64,000 nt of DNA from Myxococcota bacterium (GTDB taxonomy: Bacteria > Myxococcota_A > UBA9160 > UBA4427), in NCBI GenBank assembly GCA_965250285.1, contig OZ252299.1, positions 4,896,001 through 4,960,000 of the forward strand. The letters are read 5' to 3'. Both the position numbers and the translations under genes were made by a program. The notes beneath the pieces were generated by a model that ran no database searches, had not been told where the DNA came from, and worked only from the letters and a program-made list of their open reading frames with translations. Shown piece by piece: positions 14,936 through 28,545 of the stretch. Within the stretch, counting starts at the first letter, position 1. Every line of letters starts with the position of its first letter.

Positions 14936-15888
14936 GCGCCAAGCGAAGTGCGCTGGGACGCGGTCTGAACGCGTTGATTCCGAGTCAGGGGGCTGCGGCG
15001 CCCACACCTGTCGCCACGCAGGACGCTACGAAAATCGATGCATCGGGATCGCCCGCTGCCGCCGATGCTGCAGCTGCGGCGCCGCCGGGCCCACAGCGTC
15101 TGCCTGTGGCGCAGATCGACGCCAACCCGGATCAGCCGCGTCGTCGTTTCGACCCGGCCGAGCTGCAGAAGCTCGCGCAGTCGATCCTGCGGCATGGGGT
15201 GCTGCAGCCGATCGTCGTTCGACGCGTCGCCGATCGGTATCAGCTCGTGGTCGGCGAGCGGCGCTGGCGCGCGAGTCGGGCCGCGGGACTCGAAGAGATC
15301 CCCGCCGTCGTCGCCGAGGTCGACCCCGACGAGCAGCTCGAGATCGCGATCGTCGAGAACGTGCAGCGTCACGACTTGAATCCGATGGAGCTGGCGATCG
15401 CCTACCGGGCGCTCGCCGACCAGGGACACACGCAGGAAGAGATCGGTCAGAAGGTGTCGATGGATCGCTCGTCGATCGCCAACCACCTGCGCCTGCTCGA
15501 GCTCTCGCGCGATCTGCAGGAAGACGTCGAGGCAGGCCGGCTCTCGATGGGCCACGCGAAGGCGCTGCTCCAGGTGGCACACCCCGAGCGCCGGCTGCAT
15601 CTGCGGGACCGGATCCTGGCGGACGGGCTGTCGGTGCGAGCCTCGGAGAAGCTCGCGCGTGAAACCGCCGGACCGACCGCCAAGACCAAGGCGGCGCCGA
15701 CGAAAGCAAAGGCCGATGCCCACGCGCCCACCGACCCCGATGCCCGGCGCCTCATCGAGCTGCTCGAGCAGCGCTATCAGGCGCGCGTCATGATTCGTGA
15801 GGACGGCGGCAAGGGGCGGGTCGAGATCGAGTTCGGTGGGCGGGAGGATCTCCACCGCATCACTTCGTTGCTCCTCGGGGAGGCCTGA
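14932..15888 (+). CDS. parB: chromosome partitioning protein ParB/Spo0J
   Basis: LGRGLNALI, NPDQPRRRF, GERRWRA, ENVQRHDLNP, HTH. Confidence 0.95.
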   Translation: MSAKRSALGRGLNALIPSQGAAAPTPVATQDATKIDASGSPAAADAAAAAPPGPQRLPVAQIDANPDQPRRRFDPAELQKLAQSILRHGVLQPIVVRRVADRYQLVVGERRWRASRAAGLEEIPAVVAEVDPDEQLEIAIVENVQRHDLNPMELAIAYRALADQGHTQEEIGQKVSMDRSSIANHLRLLELSRDLQEDVEAGRLSMGHAKALLQVAHPERRLHLRDRILADGLSVRASEKLARETAGPTAKTKAAPTKAKADAHAPTDPDARRLIELLEQRYQARVMIREDGGKGRVEIEFGGREDLHRITSLLLGEA

Positions 15889-15928
15889 GTCTTCGCCGTG
15901 CCTGTCCGAACGAGGGGAGCCTGAGCGG

Positions 15929-16369
15929 ATGTCCGACGCCATCGTGCTCACCAACCAGCAGCCTGGCGACCCGAGACGGGCCCCGCGCTCGTCGGCCCCT
16001 CAAGCCGAGGGCGCACGGCGGTCCGCCGACGTGGGGGGCGAGAGCCTCGTCCCGGCCGGCTTTCGTTTCGAGGGCACCGTCGCCTTTCACGGCGCCGCGC
16101 GGCTTGATGGCGAGGTCACGGGCCGGGTCGAGGGCCGAGGGCTGCTCGAGGTCGGACCCGGGGCCCGGCTCGCCGGCGACGTGAAGACCGACGAGCTCGT
16201 CGTCGCCGGCGCGATCGAGGGCGACCTCGAGATCGGGACCCGACTCGAGCTGCTCGACGGGGCGCGCATCACCGGGGCCGTCCGGACCCCCGCTCTGCAG
16301 ATGCACGAAGGGGCGGTCCTCGATGGCCCCTGCCACATCGCGACGGAGCCCCGCGAAGCCGATTCTTGA
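15929..16369 (+). CDS. bactofilin (polymer-forming cytoskeletal protein)
   Basis: Beta-helix repeats FEGTVAFHGAARLDGEVTGRV...ITGAVRTPALQMHEGAVLDGPC. Confidence 0.85.
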   Translation: MSDAIVLTNQQPGDPRRAPRSSAPQAEGARRSADVGGESLVPAGFRFEGTVAFHGAARLDGEVTGRVEGRGLLEVGPGARLAGDVKTDELVVAGAIEGDLEIGTRLELLDGARITGAVRTPALQMHEGAVLDGPCHIATEPREADS

Positions 16370-16689
16370 CCGGCAACAGACCGTTGCGCCGCTTGAATCT
16401 GTACTCGGCTATGCCAAACTGCTGCCGCCCGGAGCCCCTCCGGGCCCCGTTTACGCCCCTCGAAGTGGCCCTCGCTGGCCGCTGCCGCCCCGCCGATTCG
16501 AGCGCGAATCGTGCGAGCGGCCGGAGACCCGGGCTCGAATGGCGGCCCGACGAGCTCGTTGAGGGCGCGAGATCCAACGCATGACTTCGAGACGATCAGC
16601 CCGCCGAGACGGCGATGGGCCTGCTCGAAGCACGCCGAGACCCCCACTCGTCGATCACGTCGAGCGACGTGGAACGACGTGGAGCGAAC

Positions 16690-17331
16690 GTGAAGTCGAA
16701 TACGGAAGAGCGCCGATCGACGCGCCGGACGGTCGAGGCGGCCGTGCGCGTTTCGTCGCAGACCGAAGCGCAGCCTCCTTCTTCTTCCTTCTCTCTTTTC
16801 GATTCTTTCGGTTCTTCGAAGGCGGTCGTGGCGCGAGCCGGCACGGCGCTCGCCGCGACGTGGCTCATGGCGAGCCCGGCCTTCGCCGCCGAAGAGCTCG
16901 TGCTCTCACCCGACTTCAAGATCGTGGGCATCCTCATCGCCGGGTTCGTGCTGCTGATGTTCCCGGCGAACCAGCTCATCTTCAAGCCGATCTTCCGCGC
17001 GCTCGACGAGCGTGAGGAGCGCATCCAAGGCGCCCGCTCGCGAGCGACGCAGATTCAGTCCGATGCCGACGGCGTGCTCGCCGACTACGAAGGCCGCATT
17101 CGCGAGGCGCGGCTCGACGCCGAAGCCGCGCGCAAGGATGCGATCACGGCGGCGCGCAGTGAGCAGACGTCGATGACGACGGCCGCGCGCAGCGAAGCCG
17201 AGGGCGAGATCGAGCGTGCCCGCGAGACACTCGCCGGCGAGCTCGAAGACGCGCGGCAACGCATGCGGGGCGACGCGCAGGATCTCGCCCGCGAAGCCGC
17301 GGCGCAGATCCTCGGACGGAGCCTCTCATGA
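16690..17331 (+). CDS. atpF: ATP synthase F0 subunit b'
   Basis: TM then LIFKPIFRALDEREERIQG and a long coiled coil; start uncertain (16690, 16828 or 16867). Confidence 0.85.
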   Translation: MKSNTEERRSTRRTVEAAVRVSSQTEAQPPSSSFSLFDSFGSSKAVVARAGTALAATWLMASPAFAAEELVLSPDFKIVGILIAGFVLLMFPANQLIFKPIFRALDEREERIQGARSRATQIQSDADGVLADYEGRIREARLDAEAARKDAITAARSEQTSMTTAARSEAEGEIERARETLAGELEDARQRMRGDAQDLAREAAAQILGRSLS

Positions 17332-17936
17332 CTTTTGCGACCTGGGTGCGACGGCTGATCCCCACCGCGCTGGCGCTCTGCGTCGCGGCCCCGGCGTTCG
17401 CTGCGGGCGGCGGGGACAAGACCACCGAAGCGATGTGGCAGGGCTTCAACCTCGTGCTGCTCGTCGGCGTCATCGTCTACTTCGCGCGCGGGCCGGTGAT
17501 GGCCTTCTTCACAGACCGTCGCTCGCAGATCCAGACGGACCTCGACGAGGCGGCGCGCCTGCTCTCCGAGGCCGAGACCCGGAACAGCGAGCTTCAGCGT
17601 CGGATCGTCGACCTCGGAAGCGAGGTCGAAGAGATTCGCGAGACGACCCGGGCTCGCGCCGAAGAAGAGAGCGAGCGCATCCTCGCCGAGGCGCGTAAGG
17701 CCGCCGAGCGCATCCGCGCCGACGCCACCGCAGCCGTCGACCAGGAGCTGCGTCGCGCCCAGAGAGAGCTGCGCGACGAAGCGGCGAGCCTGGCATTGAC
17801 GGCCGCGGCCGACATCCTGCGCGAGCAGATCGCCGAGACCGACCGCGATCGCTTGCTGGACGAGTTCATCACACGGGTCGAGCCCGGCAACAACGCAGGC
17901 AACAACGCCGGCAACAACGCGGGCAACAACGGCTGA
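17328..17936 (+). CDS. atpF: ATP synthase F0 subunit b
   Basis: WQGFNLVLLVGVIVYFARGPV...RRSQIQTDL plus coiled coil. Confidence 0.88.
   Translation: MTFATWVRRLIPTALALCVAAPAFAAGGGDKTTEAMWQGFNLVLLVGVIVYFARGPVMAFFTDRRSQIQTDLDEAARLLSEAETRNSELQRRIVDLGSEVEEIRETTRARAEEESERILAEARKAAERIRADATAAVDQELRRAQRELRDEAASLALTAAADILREQIAETDRDRLLDEFITRVEPGNNAGNNAGNNAGNNG
17886..17933 (+). repeat. 12-bp tandem repeat x4 (GGCAACAACGCN) encoding a GNNA tail of subunit b
   Basis: Read directly at 17886-17933; the fourth copy is GGCAACAACGGC. Confidence 0.85.
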
Positions 17937-18021
17937 CCCGATCCGGCCGGTTCGCCGGTTCGCATGTACCCGCGTGCCCCGTCCGACGGGCGGGGCCGCG
18001 AAGACGAGAAGACGCACCGAG

Positions 18022-18564
18022 ATGAAGTCACAGGCAGCCGCACTTCGATACGCCAAGGCGCTCTTCGGTCTCGCGAAGGACGAGCGTCGACTCGCCGACG
18101 TGCGCGAAGAGCTCGACCGGTTCGGTCAGCTGCTCGACGGCAACGCCGAGCTGCGCGATGCGCTGCAGCAGCCGCTCCACCCGGCCGACGAGCGCAAGGC
18201 CGTCGTGAAGGCGCTGGCTCCGATCGCACAGCAGAGTGATCTGCTCGTGAACTTCTACAGCTTCCTGATCGACCAGCGCCGTCTGGTCGATTTTCAGTCG
18301 GTCCGCGAAGAGTTCGATCGCCTGGCCGACGAAGACGCAGGCCTGACCACCGCCCAGATCGTCGCGGCGAGTCCACTCGACGAGCGTCGCCGCGATCGAC
18401 TGCGCCGCGCGCTCAGCGAGCGCACGGGTCGCGAGGTGCGGCTCGAGGTCACGGTCGATCCCGAGCTCATCGGGGGAGCCGTCGCCAAGGTGGGCGACCT
18501 CGTCTTCGACGGAAGTCTCCGCACGCAGCTGAGCCAGCTGCGGGCCAACCTCACGAAGGGCTAG
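18022..18564 (+). CDS. atpH: ATP synthase F1 subunit delta
   Basis: ALRYAKALF, VDPELIGGAVAKVGDLVFDGSLRTQL. Confidence 0.93.
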   Translation: MKSQAAALRYAKALFGLAKDERRLADVREELDRFGQLLDGNAELRDALQQPLHPADERKAVVKALAPIAQQSDLLVNFYSFLIDQRRLVDFQSVREEFDRLADEDAGLTTAQIVAASPLDERRRDRLRRALSERTGREVRLEVTVDPELIGGAVAKVGDLVFDGSLRTQLSQLRANLTKG

Positions 18565-18606
18565 TGAATCCACTGGTACCGAACGTGGAATAGGGAAGAG
18601 TGAGAG

Positions 18607-20163
<1,557 letters not shown>

Positions 20164-20164
20164 A

Positions 20165-22524
<2,360 letters not shown>

Positions 22525-22603
22525 CGAGCCGGTGATCGCCTAGTGATCCGGCGGTCGCAAAGACCGGCGCCCGCGGCGGATGCGCGGGTCAAGGAGTGAT
22601 TCG

Positions 22604-23020
22604 ATGTCGATCAATCTGGTCGTCGTGACGCCCGAAGGCGAGGCCTTCTCGCAGCCGGTCGAGGGCGTCGTGCTACCGGGTGCCGAGGGAGACTTCGGCG
22701 TCATGGAGGAGCACGCGCGCTTCCTCGCTCCGCTCAAGCCGGGGCCGGTCGAGATCAAGCTGGCCGGCGGCGAGGTCGAGTGGGCCGGCGTGTCGGGCGG
22801 GTTCGCCGAGGTGTCGGGTGGTCACGTCGTGGTGCTCGTCGACGAGTGCTACAAGGCGCACGAGATCGACGAAGAGCACGCGATCCGCACGAAGGAAGAG
22901 GCCGAGCGGGCGCTCGAAGAGCTGCTGAAGCAGGAGCACGAGGCCGACGCTCGGGCGCGCCTCGAAGAGAACGTCGTGCGCGCCAGCGTGCAGGCCGACG
23001 TCCTCGCCCGGAAGGGCTGA
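22604..23020 (+). CDS. atpC: ATP synthase F1 subunit epsilon
   Basis: VVTPEG, PGAEGDFGVMEEH, VSGGFAEV; AAGGAG RBS. Confidence 0.95.
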   Translation: MSINLVVVTPEGEAFSQPVEGVVLPGAEGDFGVMEEHARFLAPLKPGPVEIKLAGGEVEWAGVSGGFAEVSGGHVVVLVDECYKAHEIDEEHAIRTKEEAERALEELLKQEHEADARARLEENVVRASVQADVLARKG

Positions 23021-23134
23021 GCGCGCCGCGGTTCGCGCGCGCAGAGTCCAGATACGGCCGCAGTCTCTGAGGCCGGCTCTCCAGACGAGACAGGTAGTCC
23101 ATCGGTCGACGAGTTCGGGGCGATCGTGGCCGCG

Positions 23135-23419
23135 TTCGTCCGGGGGCCGGTGCGCCTTTCGCCTTTCGCGCCGCTCGGGTCGGCTGCGATGGACGCCAGC
23201 GGAGGGTCGGAGGTGGGTGTGACCGCCAAGCCGCCCGGTGCCATCAGGGGGGAGCACCGGGTGCGGCGAGTTCACACGTAGGCCAACCGCCGGCGTCCAT
23301 CTGGGATCCATCCGCCACGTCGAATCGAGCGCCGGACGAAACCCGGATCTTGCCCGTGCGGGTCGAGCGTGGTCGCACGCCGAAGCGGGGGAGCTTCGTT
23401 GCTCGACCGGTCAGATCCG
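23135..23419 (+). ncRNA. candidate structured non-coding RNA (family unknown)
   Basis: Nested perfect helices in an intergenic gap: 23135-43/23332-40, 23188-97/23292-301, 23217-22/23272-77, 23235-41/23254-60, 23344-50/23413-19, 23361-68/23401-08. G.U pairs favour the + strand. Confidence 0.3.
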
Positions 23420-23590
23420 CGGGACGACGGACCACCCGGGCGAGCACGTGCTGCATCGACCGCACAGAAGCTCGGTCGCCGACGGCACCCGTTGAGTTCG
23501 CGGCCCGCTGTCGCTTTCGGTGGGACGAAGCCCCGAATCGAATCAGTTCATCGGAATCGTTCGACGAAACTGCCCGGCGGTGACGCTGAT

Positions 23591-24427
23591 CTAGGCCGCC
23601 AGCCGATCGAGTCCGAGCTCGGCGAGGCGTGCGTGCGCCATCTCGAGATCGTCGATCTCATCGGGGTGGAAGTCGCGTCGCAGATAGGCGCGCAGCTGCT
23701 TGGCTGCGAACGCGATGGCCGGCCCGTCGGTGCGCTGGTGCTTCGCGAAGAGCGCTTCGCGCGCCGCGCGAATGTCGGCGCCGCTCATCCCGTCCTGGCG
23801 CATCAGCCGTCGTGAGACGACCGCGCTGTAGCCGCCGATGAAGAGCGACGCGAGCAAGAAGCCGAAGATCCGATTCACATAGCCGATGCCGACCGACTTC
23901 ATGACGTCGAAGGCCACCGCCTTGTGTTCGACTTCTTCGGTGGCGTGCCAGATGACGAGCTTCTCCATCGTCGGATGGAATTCGCGGGGATGGTTCGCCG
24001 TCAACGCGAAGTGTCCGAGCGTCGCGGTGTAGTGCTCGGCGCCGGCCGTGATCGCGAGTCGCACCGAGCGCGGAAACTTCGACATGAAGCGATCGATGTA
24101 GTGGAACGCGCGCAGGAACCCGTCGATGCGGTAGCCCTGGCGTCGAAGCGTGTCGAAGTACGCCTCGTGCTCCTGCCCGTGCACGGCCTCCTGCCCGGCG
24201 AAGGCGCGCGCCTGCTTGCGCAGCTCGGGATCTTCGATGTCCGACATGTAGTCGTTCACGGCGCGAATGAAGAACCGCTCGCCGTCGGGAAACAGCAGGT
24301 TGGTCGCGTTGAACATGTGCGTGGCGAAGGCATTGCCGCCCGCCCAGTGGCGGGGGATGTCGTCGCCGAAGTCGAAGCCGGGGCGGCGGATCGGGATCGC
24401 GGGGCGGTTCGGGCTGACCTGACTCAT
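23591..24427 (-). CDS. predicted metal-dependent hydrolase
   Basis: FPDGERFFI, GQEAVHGQEH, AEHYTA, WHATEEVEHKAVAFDV. Confidence 0.88.
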   Translation of the reverse strand: MSQVSPNRPAIPIRRPGFDFGDDIPRHWAGGNAFATHMFNATNLLFPDGERFFIRAVNDYMSDIEDPELRKQARAFAGQEAVHGQEHEAYFDTLRRQGYRIDGFLRAFHYIDRFMSKFPRSVRLAITAGAEHYTATLGHFALTANHPREFHPTMEKLVIWHATEEVEHKAVAFDVMKSVGIGYVNRIFGFLLASLFIGGYSAVVSRRLMRQDGMSGADIRAAREALFAKHQRTDGPAIAFAAKQLRAYLRRDFHPDEIDDLEMAHARLAELGLDRLAA

Positions 24428-24739
24428 GGGGTCTCCGGGTCGGGGCGCAGGGGCGGGCTGGGTGGGCGAATCGGGTGTCGCGGCTGGTCGCTGGAGGGCA
24501 GAAGAAACGAGGGGCAATGAGAGAGAGAACGAAGCGCGCGCCGTCCGGACCTGTGGCCGCTTCGGACGGGACCGGGTGCTTCCCGGACGCGGCAGAACAT
24601 ACACGGATACGCTCCCGTATGTCAAATCCCCACAGGGCCCCGGGCGAGACGAGACGAATCGACGTCCGCTTCGCCCCTGGATCCGCGCAGCGGTCTCGCG
24701 GACACTCGTCGGCCCCCTTCGCCAACGAGGTCCCACCCG

Positions 24740-26179
24740 ATGTCCCAGCTCAATCTCGATCCCACCTCCGTGTCGACCTGGGACGAAGAAGTCGACGTGC
24801 TGGTTGTGGGCCTGGGATGCGCAGGCGCCGCGGCCGCGCTCGAGGCCGCTGCGCAGGGTGCGGAGACCCTCGTCATCGAGAAGGCGGGCGGCGGGGGCGG
24901 CACGTCGGCCATGAGCGGCGGTGTCCTCTACCTCGGTGGCGGCACCGCGCTGCAGAAGGCGTGCGGCTTCGAAGACACCGAGCAGGCGATGTTCGACTAC
25001 CTGATGGCTTCGGTCGGGGACGCGCCCGACGAAGCGAAGATCCGCCTCTACTGCGAGGGCTCGCCGGCGCACTTCGACTGGCTCGTCGACCAGGGCGTGC
25101 CGTTCAAGCACACCTTCTACGACGGATGCTCCGGGGAGCCGCCGACCGATGATGGCCTCGTGTGGTCGGGCAGCGAGCAGATCCACCCCTTCTGCGACAT
25201 CGCCAAGCCTGCGCCGCGCGGTCACGTGCCGCAGATCGAACACCAGGGTGGCCCGATGCTCATGCGGTCGCTGTGCGCAGCGGTCGACGCGAGCCCGGCC
25301 CGTCTGCAGGCCGATACGACGGTGACCGCGCTCTACCAGACACCGACGGGCGAGGTCGTGGGGGCACGCATGGAGCACTTCGGCGACGTGCGACACGTCC
25401 GTGCGCGCGGCGGCGTCGTGCTGACGACGGGCGGCTTCGTGCTCGACGACGACATGCTGCGGCGCCATCAACCGAAGGCGCTCGACTGCATGGTTCGCAT
25501 CGCTGCGCAGGGCGACGACGGCTCGGGCATCCGACTCGGGCAGGCGGCCGGCGGCGACGTGAAGCACATGGACAAGGTGTCGATCTCGCTGCCGGTGACG
25601 CAGCCGTGGGGCCTCAAGCGCGGGGTCCTCGTGAACGAGAAGGGCCAGCGCTTCATCAACGAAGACGCGTACTACGGCCGGCTCGGCGAGTGGGCATTGC
25701 TCCACCAGGATGGCCGCGCATGGCTGATCGTCGATGACGACGTCTACGAGAAGCCCGAGTACCCGCGCGAGCTCGTCGCCGTCGGTGAGACGCCCACCGA
25801 GATCGCCGAGACCCTCGGCCTGCCGCCGGGCGCGCTCGAAGCGACGCTCGAGCTCTACAATCGCGATGCCGCGCGCGGAGCGGATTCGGCGTTTCACAAG
25901 CTGCCGAAGTATCTGCAGCCGCTCGATCGCGCACCCTACGGCGCCCTCGACTGCACGGCGGCCGCGTCGATCTATGCGGTCTTCACGCTCGGCGGCCTCT
26001 GCAGCGATGTCGATGGGCGGGTGCTCGACCCCGCCGGCGATCCGATCGTGGGTCTCTACGGCGCGGGGCGCAGCACGTCGGGGCTGTCGGTCGGCAGCTA
26101 CAGCAGCGGTCTCTCACTCGGCGACGGCACCTTCTATGGCCGCCGCGCCGGGCGCACGGCGGCCCAGGCCGCGCGCTGA
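24740..26179 (+). CDS. FAD-dependent oxidoreductase, 3-ketosteroid dehydrogenase/FAD_binding_2 family
   Basis: VVGLGCAG dinucleotide fold, GGTSAMSGG, RFINED, TLGGL, YSSGLSLGDG. Confidence 0.82.
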   Translation: MSQLNLDPTSVSTWDEEVDVLVVGLGCAGAAAALEAAAQGAETLVIEKAGGGGGTSAMSGGVLYLGGGTALQKACGFEDTEQAMFDYLMASVGDAPDEAKIRLYCEGSPAHFDWLVDQGVPFKHTFYDGCSGEPPTDDGLVWSGSEQIHPFCDIAKPAPRGHVPQIEHQGGPMLMRSLCAAVDASPARLQADTTVTALYQTPTGEVVGARMEHFGDVRHVRARGGVVLTTGGFVLDDDMLRRHQPKALDCMVRIAAQGDDGSGIRLGQAAGGDVKHMDKVSISLPVTQPWGLKRGVLVNEKGQRFINEDAYYGRLGEWALLHQDGRAWLIVDDDVYEKPEYPRELVAVGETPTEIAETLGLPPGALEATLELYNRDAARGADSAFHKLPKYLQPLDRAPYGALDCTAAASIYAVFTLGGLCSDVDGRVLDPAGDPIVGLYGAGRSTSGLSVGSYSSGLSLGDGTFYGRRAGRTAAQAAR

Positions 26180-26397
26180 TCCCCGACTTCCTCGCCGCGT
26201 TCGGCTGTCCCCTTGATTGGCGAACCCGTTCGCCTGTCGCCGGAAAGGGCCGGAAATCCACAGAAATCCCGCTATGATGCTCCTCCTTCCGGCTCCCTCG
26301 GAGGGAGCGGAGCACGTCGGCGACCGATCTGCATCCCGCGCGTGACTCGGGCCGCCCAAGGGCCCGGTCGAGACCTCACCCAGCCAGAGCGATCATC

Positions 26398-27735
26398 GTG
26401 AGCATCAAAGTCTGCAAATTCGGCGGCTCGAGCGTCGCGGACGCCGCCCAGCTGCGAAAGGTCCAGGCACTCGTCGAGGCCGACCCCGAGCGCAGGGTCA
26501 TCGTGCCCTCGGCCCCAGGCAAGCGCAGCCAGGACGACGTCAAGGTCACAGACCAGCTCTACCGCTGCCGCGATCTCGCCGGGGCGGGCGAAGATCTCGC
26601 CGACGCCTGGGCTTGGACGGTCGATCGCTACCAGTCGATCGTGAGCGAGCTCGGTCTGGCTCTCGATCTGACCGGCGAGCTCGAGGGCGTGCGCAAGCAG
26701 ATCGAGTCGGGCGCGAGCGCCGACTACGTGGCGAGCCGCGGCGAGTATCTGAACGGGCACGTGGTCGCCGCACTGCTCGGCTTCGAGTTCGTCGACCCGG
26801 CCGAGCTGATCCACTTCGATGACGCGGGTCGCTTCGACGCCGAACGCACGCAGCAGACCGTGAACGCCCAGCTCGTCTCGAAGGCCAAAGCGAACGGTGT
26901 GGTCGTGCCCGGCTTCTACGGTGCCGACCCGTCGGGCGAAATCGTCACCTTCTCACGCGGTGGCTCCGACATCACGGGCGCGATCCTCGCGCGCGGGGTG
27001 GGTGCCTCGGTGTACGAGAACTGGACCGACGTCCCCGGCGTGCTGATGACCGATCCGCGCATCGTCGATCAACCGGCGACGATCGAGCTCATGACCTACC
27101 GCGAGCTTCGTGAGCTCGCGTACATGGGCGCGACGGTGCTCCACGACGAGGCGATCTTCCCCGTGCGTGCCGCCGGCATTCCCGTGAACATTCGGGACAC
27201 GAATCAGCCCGAACATCCGGGCACGATGATCGTGCCGAGCGAACAGTCGATGGGACGCAAGGCGGGCCGCATCACCGGCATCGCCGGTCGAAAGGACTTC
27301 TCGATCATCGCCGTCGAAAAGACGTTGATGAACGCCGAGGTCGGCTTCGGTATGAAGATGCTCGGCGTGCTCGAGCGCCGGGGGATCCCCTTCGAGCACA
27401 TGCCTTCGGGCATCGACACGATGAGCCTGGTGCTGAAGGACGCCCACGTCGGCGATCAGCTCGAGGCGCTCGCCGAAGAGATCCGAGAGGCGTGCGACGC
27501 CGATGCGCTCGAGATCTACCGGAACATCGCGCTCATCGCGACGGTGGGGCGTGGCATGTCGCATCAGCCCGGCATGGCGGCGCGGTTGTTCGACGCGCTC
27601 TTTCGGGCCGGCGTCAACGTGCGCATGATCGATCAGGGCTCGAGCGAGCTCAACATCATCGTCGGTGTCGAGGCGGACGACTTTCGCACGGCCGTGCGCG
27701 CCATCTACGACGCGTTCACCCGCGAAGACGGCTGA
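26398..27735 (+). CDS. lysC: aspartate kinase (two ACT domains)
   Basis: KFGGSSVAD, SRGGSDITG, WTDVPG, DPRIV, QGSSELNI. Confidence 0.9.
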   Translation: MSIKVCKFGGSSVADAAQLRKVQALVEADPERRVIVPSAPGKRSQDDVKVTDQLYRCRDLAGAGEDLADAWAWTVDRYQSIVSELGLALDLTGELEGVRKQIESGASADYVASRGEYLNGHVVAALLGFEFVDPAELIHFDDAGRFDAERTQQTVNAQLVSKAKANGVVVPGFYGADPSGEIVTFSRGGSDITGAILARGVGASVYENWTDVPGVLMTDPRIVDQPATIELMTYRELRELAYMGATVLHDEAIFPVRAAGIPVNIRDTNQPEHPGTMIVPSEQSMGRKAGRITGIAGRKDFSIIAVEKTLMNAEVGFGMKMLGVLERRGIPFEHMPSGIDTMSLVLKDAHVGDQLEALAEEIREACDADALEIYRNIALIATVGRGMSHQPGMAARLFDALFRAGVNVRMIDQGSSELNIIVGVEADDFRTAVRAIYDAFTREDG

Positions 27736-27850
27736 CGCGACAGCGAGTGGGCGCTCGCCTCGCCATCGCGCGGTCGCACCCGAGCGGCCGTCGCGCACTG
27801 CCGGCGCCGTCGTTCGGCGCATCGAGAGCCGACCCGCGGAGCCCGTGCCG

Positions 27851-28342
27851 ATGACGCCCGCAGACCGCTACTGGGATCAATTCGTCGAGTCGTGCGCTTT
27901 CGATGCGCGCCCCGCGCGCCGCTACGTCGAGGCGTTCTGCTTTGGCTTCGATGGCTCGGATGCCGCGACGACGACCGAAATCGCCGAGCTCGTGAAGTCG
28001 GGCGTCAAGACCGCGACCGGATCTCTGCTCTGGGCCTACGCCTTCGACGACAAGCCCGTGCCCGCCGTCGGCGACGACTGGGTGGTGCTCGCGAGCGTGG
28101 GTCGACCGGCCTGCATCATCCGCACGACCCACGTCGACATCTGGCCCTTCAACGAGGTGCCGGCGATCTACGCCGAGCTGGGTGGCGAGGGAGACCGAAG
28201 CGTGCCCCATTGGCAGGGGTTGTATCGGCGTTACATCGAAGAGGAGTGCGCGCGCATGGGCCGCCCTGCAAGCGACGAAGCGCCGCTCGTGATGGAGCGC
28301 TTCGAGTGCATCTACGCCGACCGGCTCGCCCCCGCCCCCTAG
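27851..28342 (+). CDS. ASCH domain protein
   Basis: LVKSGVKTATGS, GEGDRS, LVMERF. Confidence 0.85.
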   Translation: MTPADRYWDQFVESCAFDARPARRYVEAFCFGFDGSDAATTTEIAELVKSGVKTATGSLLWAYAFDDKPVPAVGDDWVVLASVGRPACIIRTTHVDIWPFNEVPAIYAELGGEGDRSVPHWQGLYRRYIEEECARMGRPASDEAPLVMERFECIYADRLAPAP

Positions 28343-28545
28343 TCCGACTTCGTCGCTCAGCGAGGCTGTGGTGCGCGCGACCGGCGCGTTCAGGCGGCCC
28401 GCATGTGCCCGCCCACCGCGGCGATCCGGACGCGATGCCCGGTTCGGTCCAATCGATCGCACCGAGCGCCCGCCCTGCCCTGCTACCGTCGGTCGAATCC
28501 CGGGCGGTTTCATCGATCCTTCGCCTTCACGATTCGAGCTGCATC

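Noticed and set aside
16661..16690. Additional parS sites (ACGTGGAAC-like here and near 18583)
   Set aside because: Half-sites only, not palindromic.
26180..26397. Lysine riboswitch before aspartate kinase
   Set aside because: No L-box signature recognised; only a possible TATGAT -10 element.
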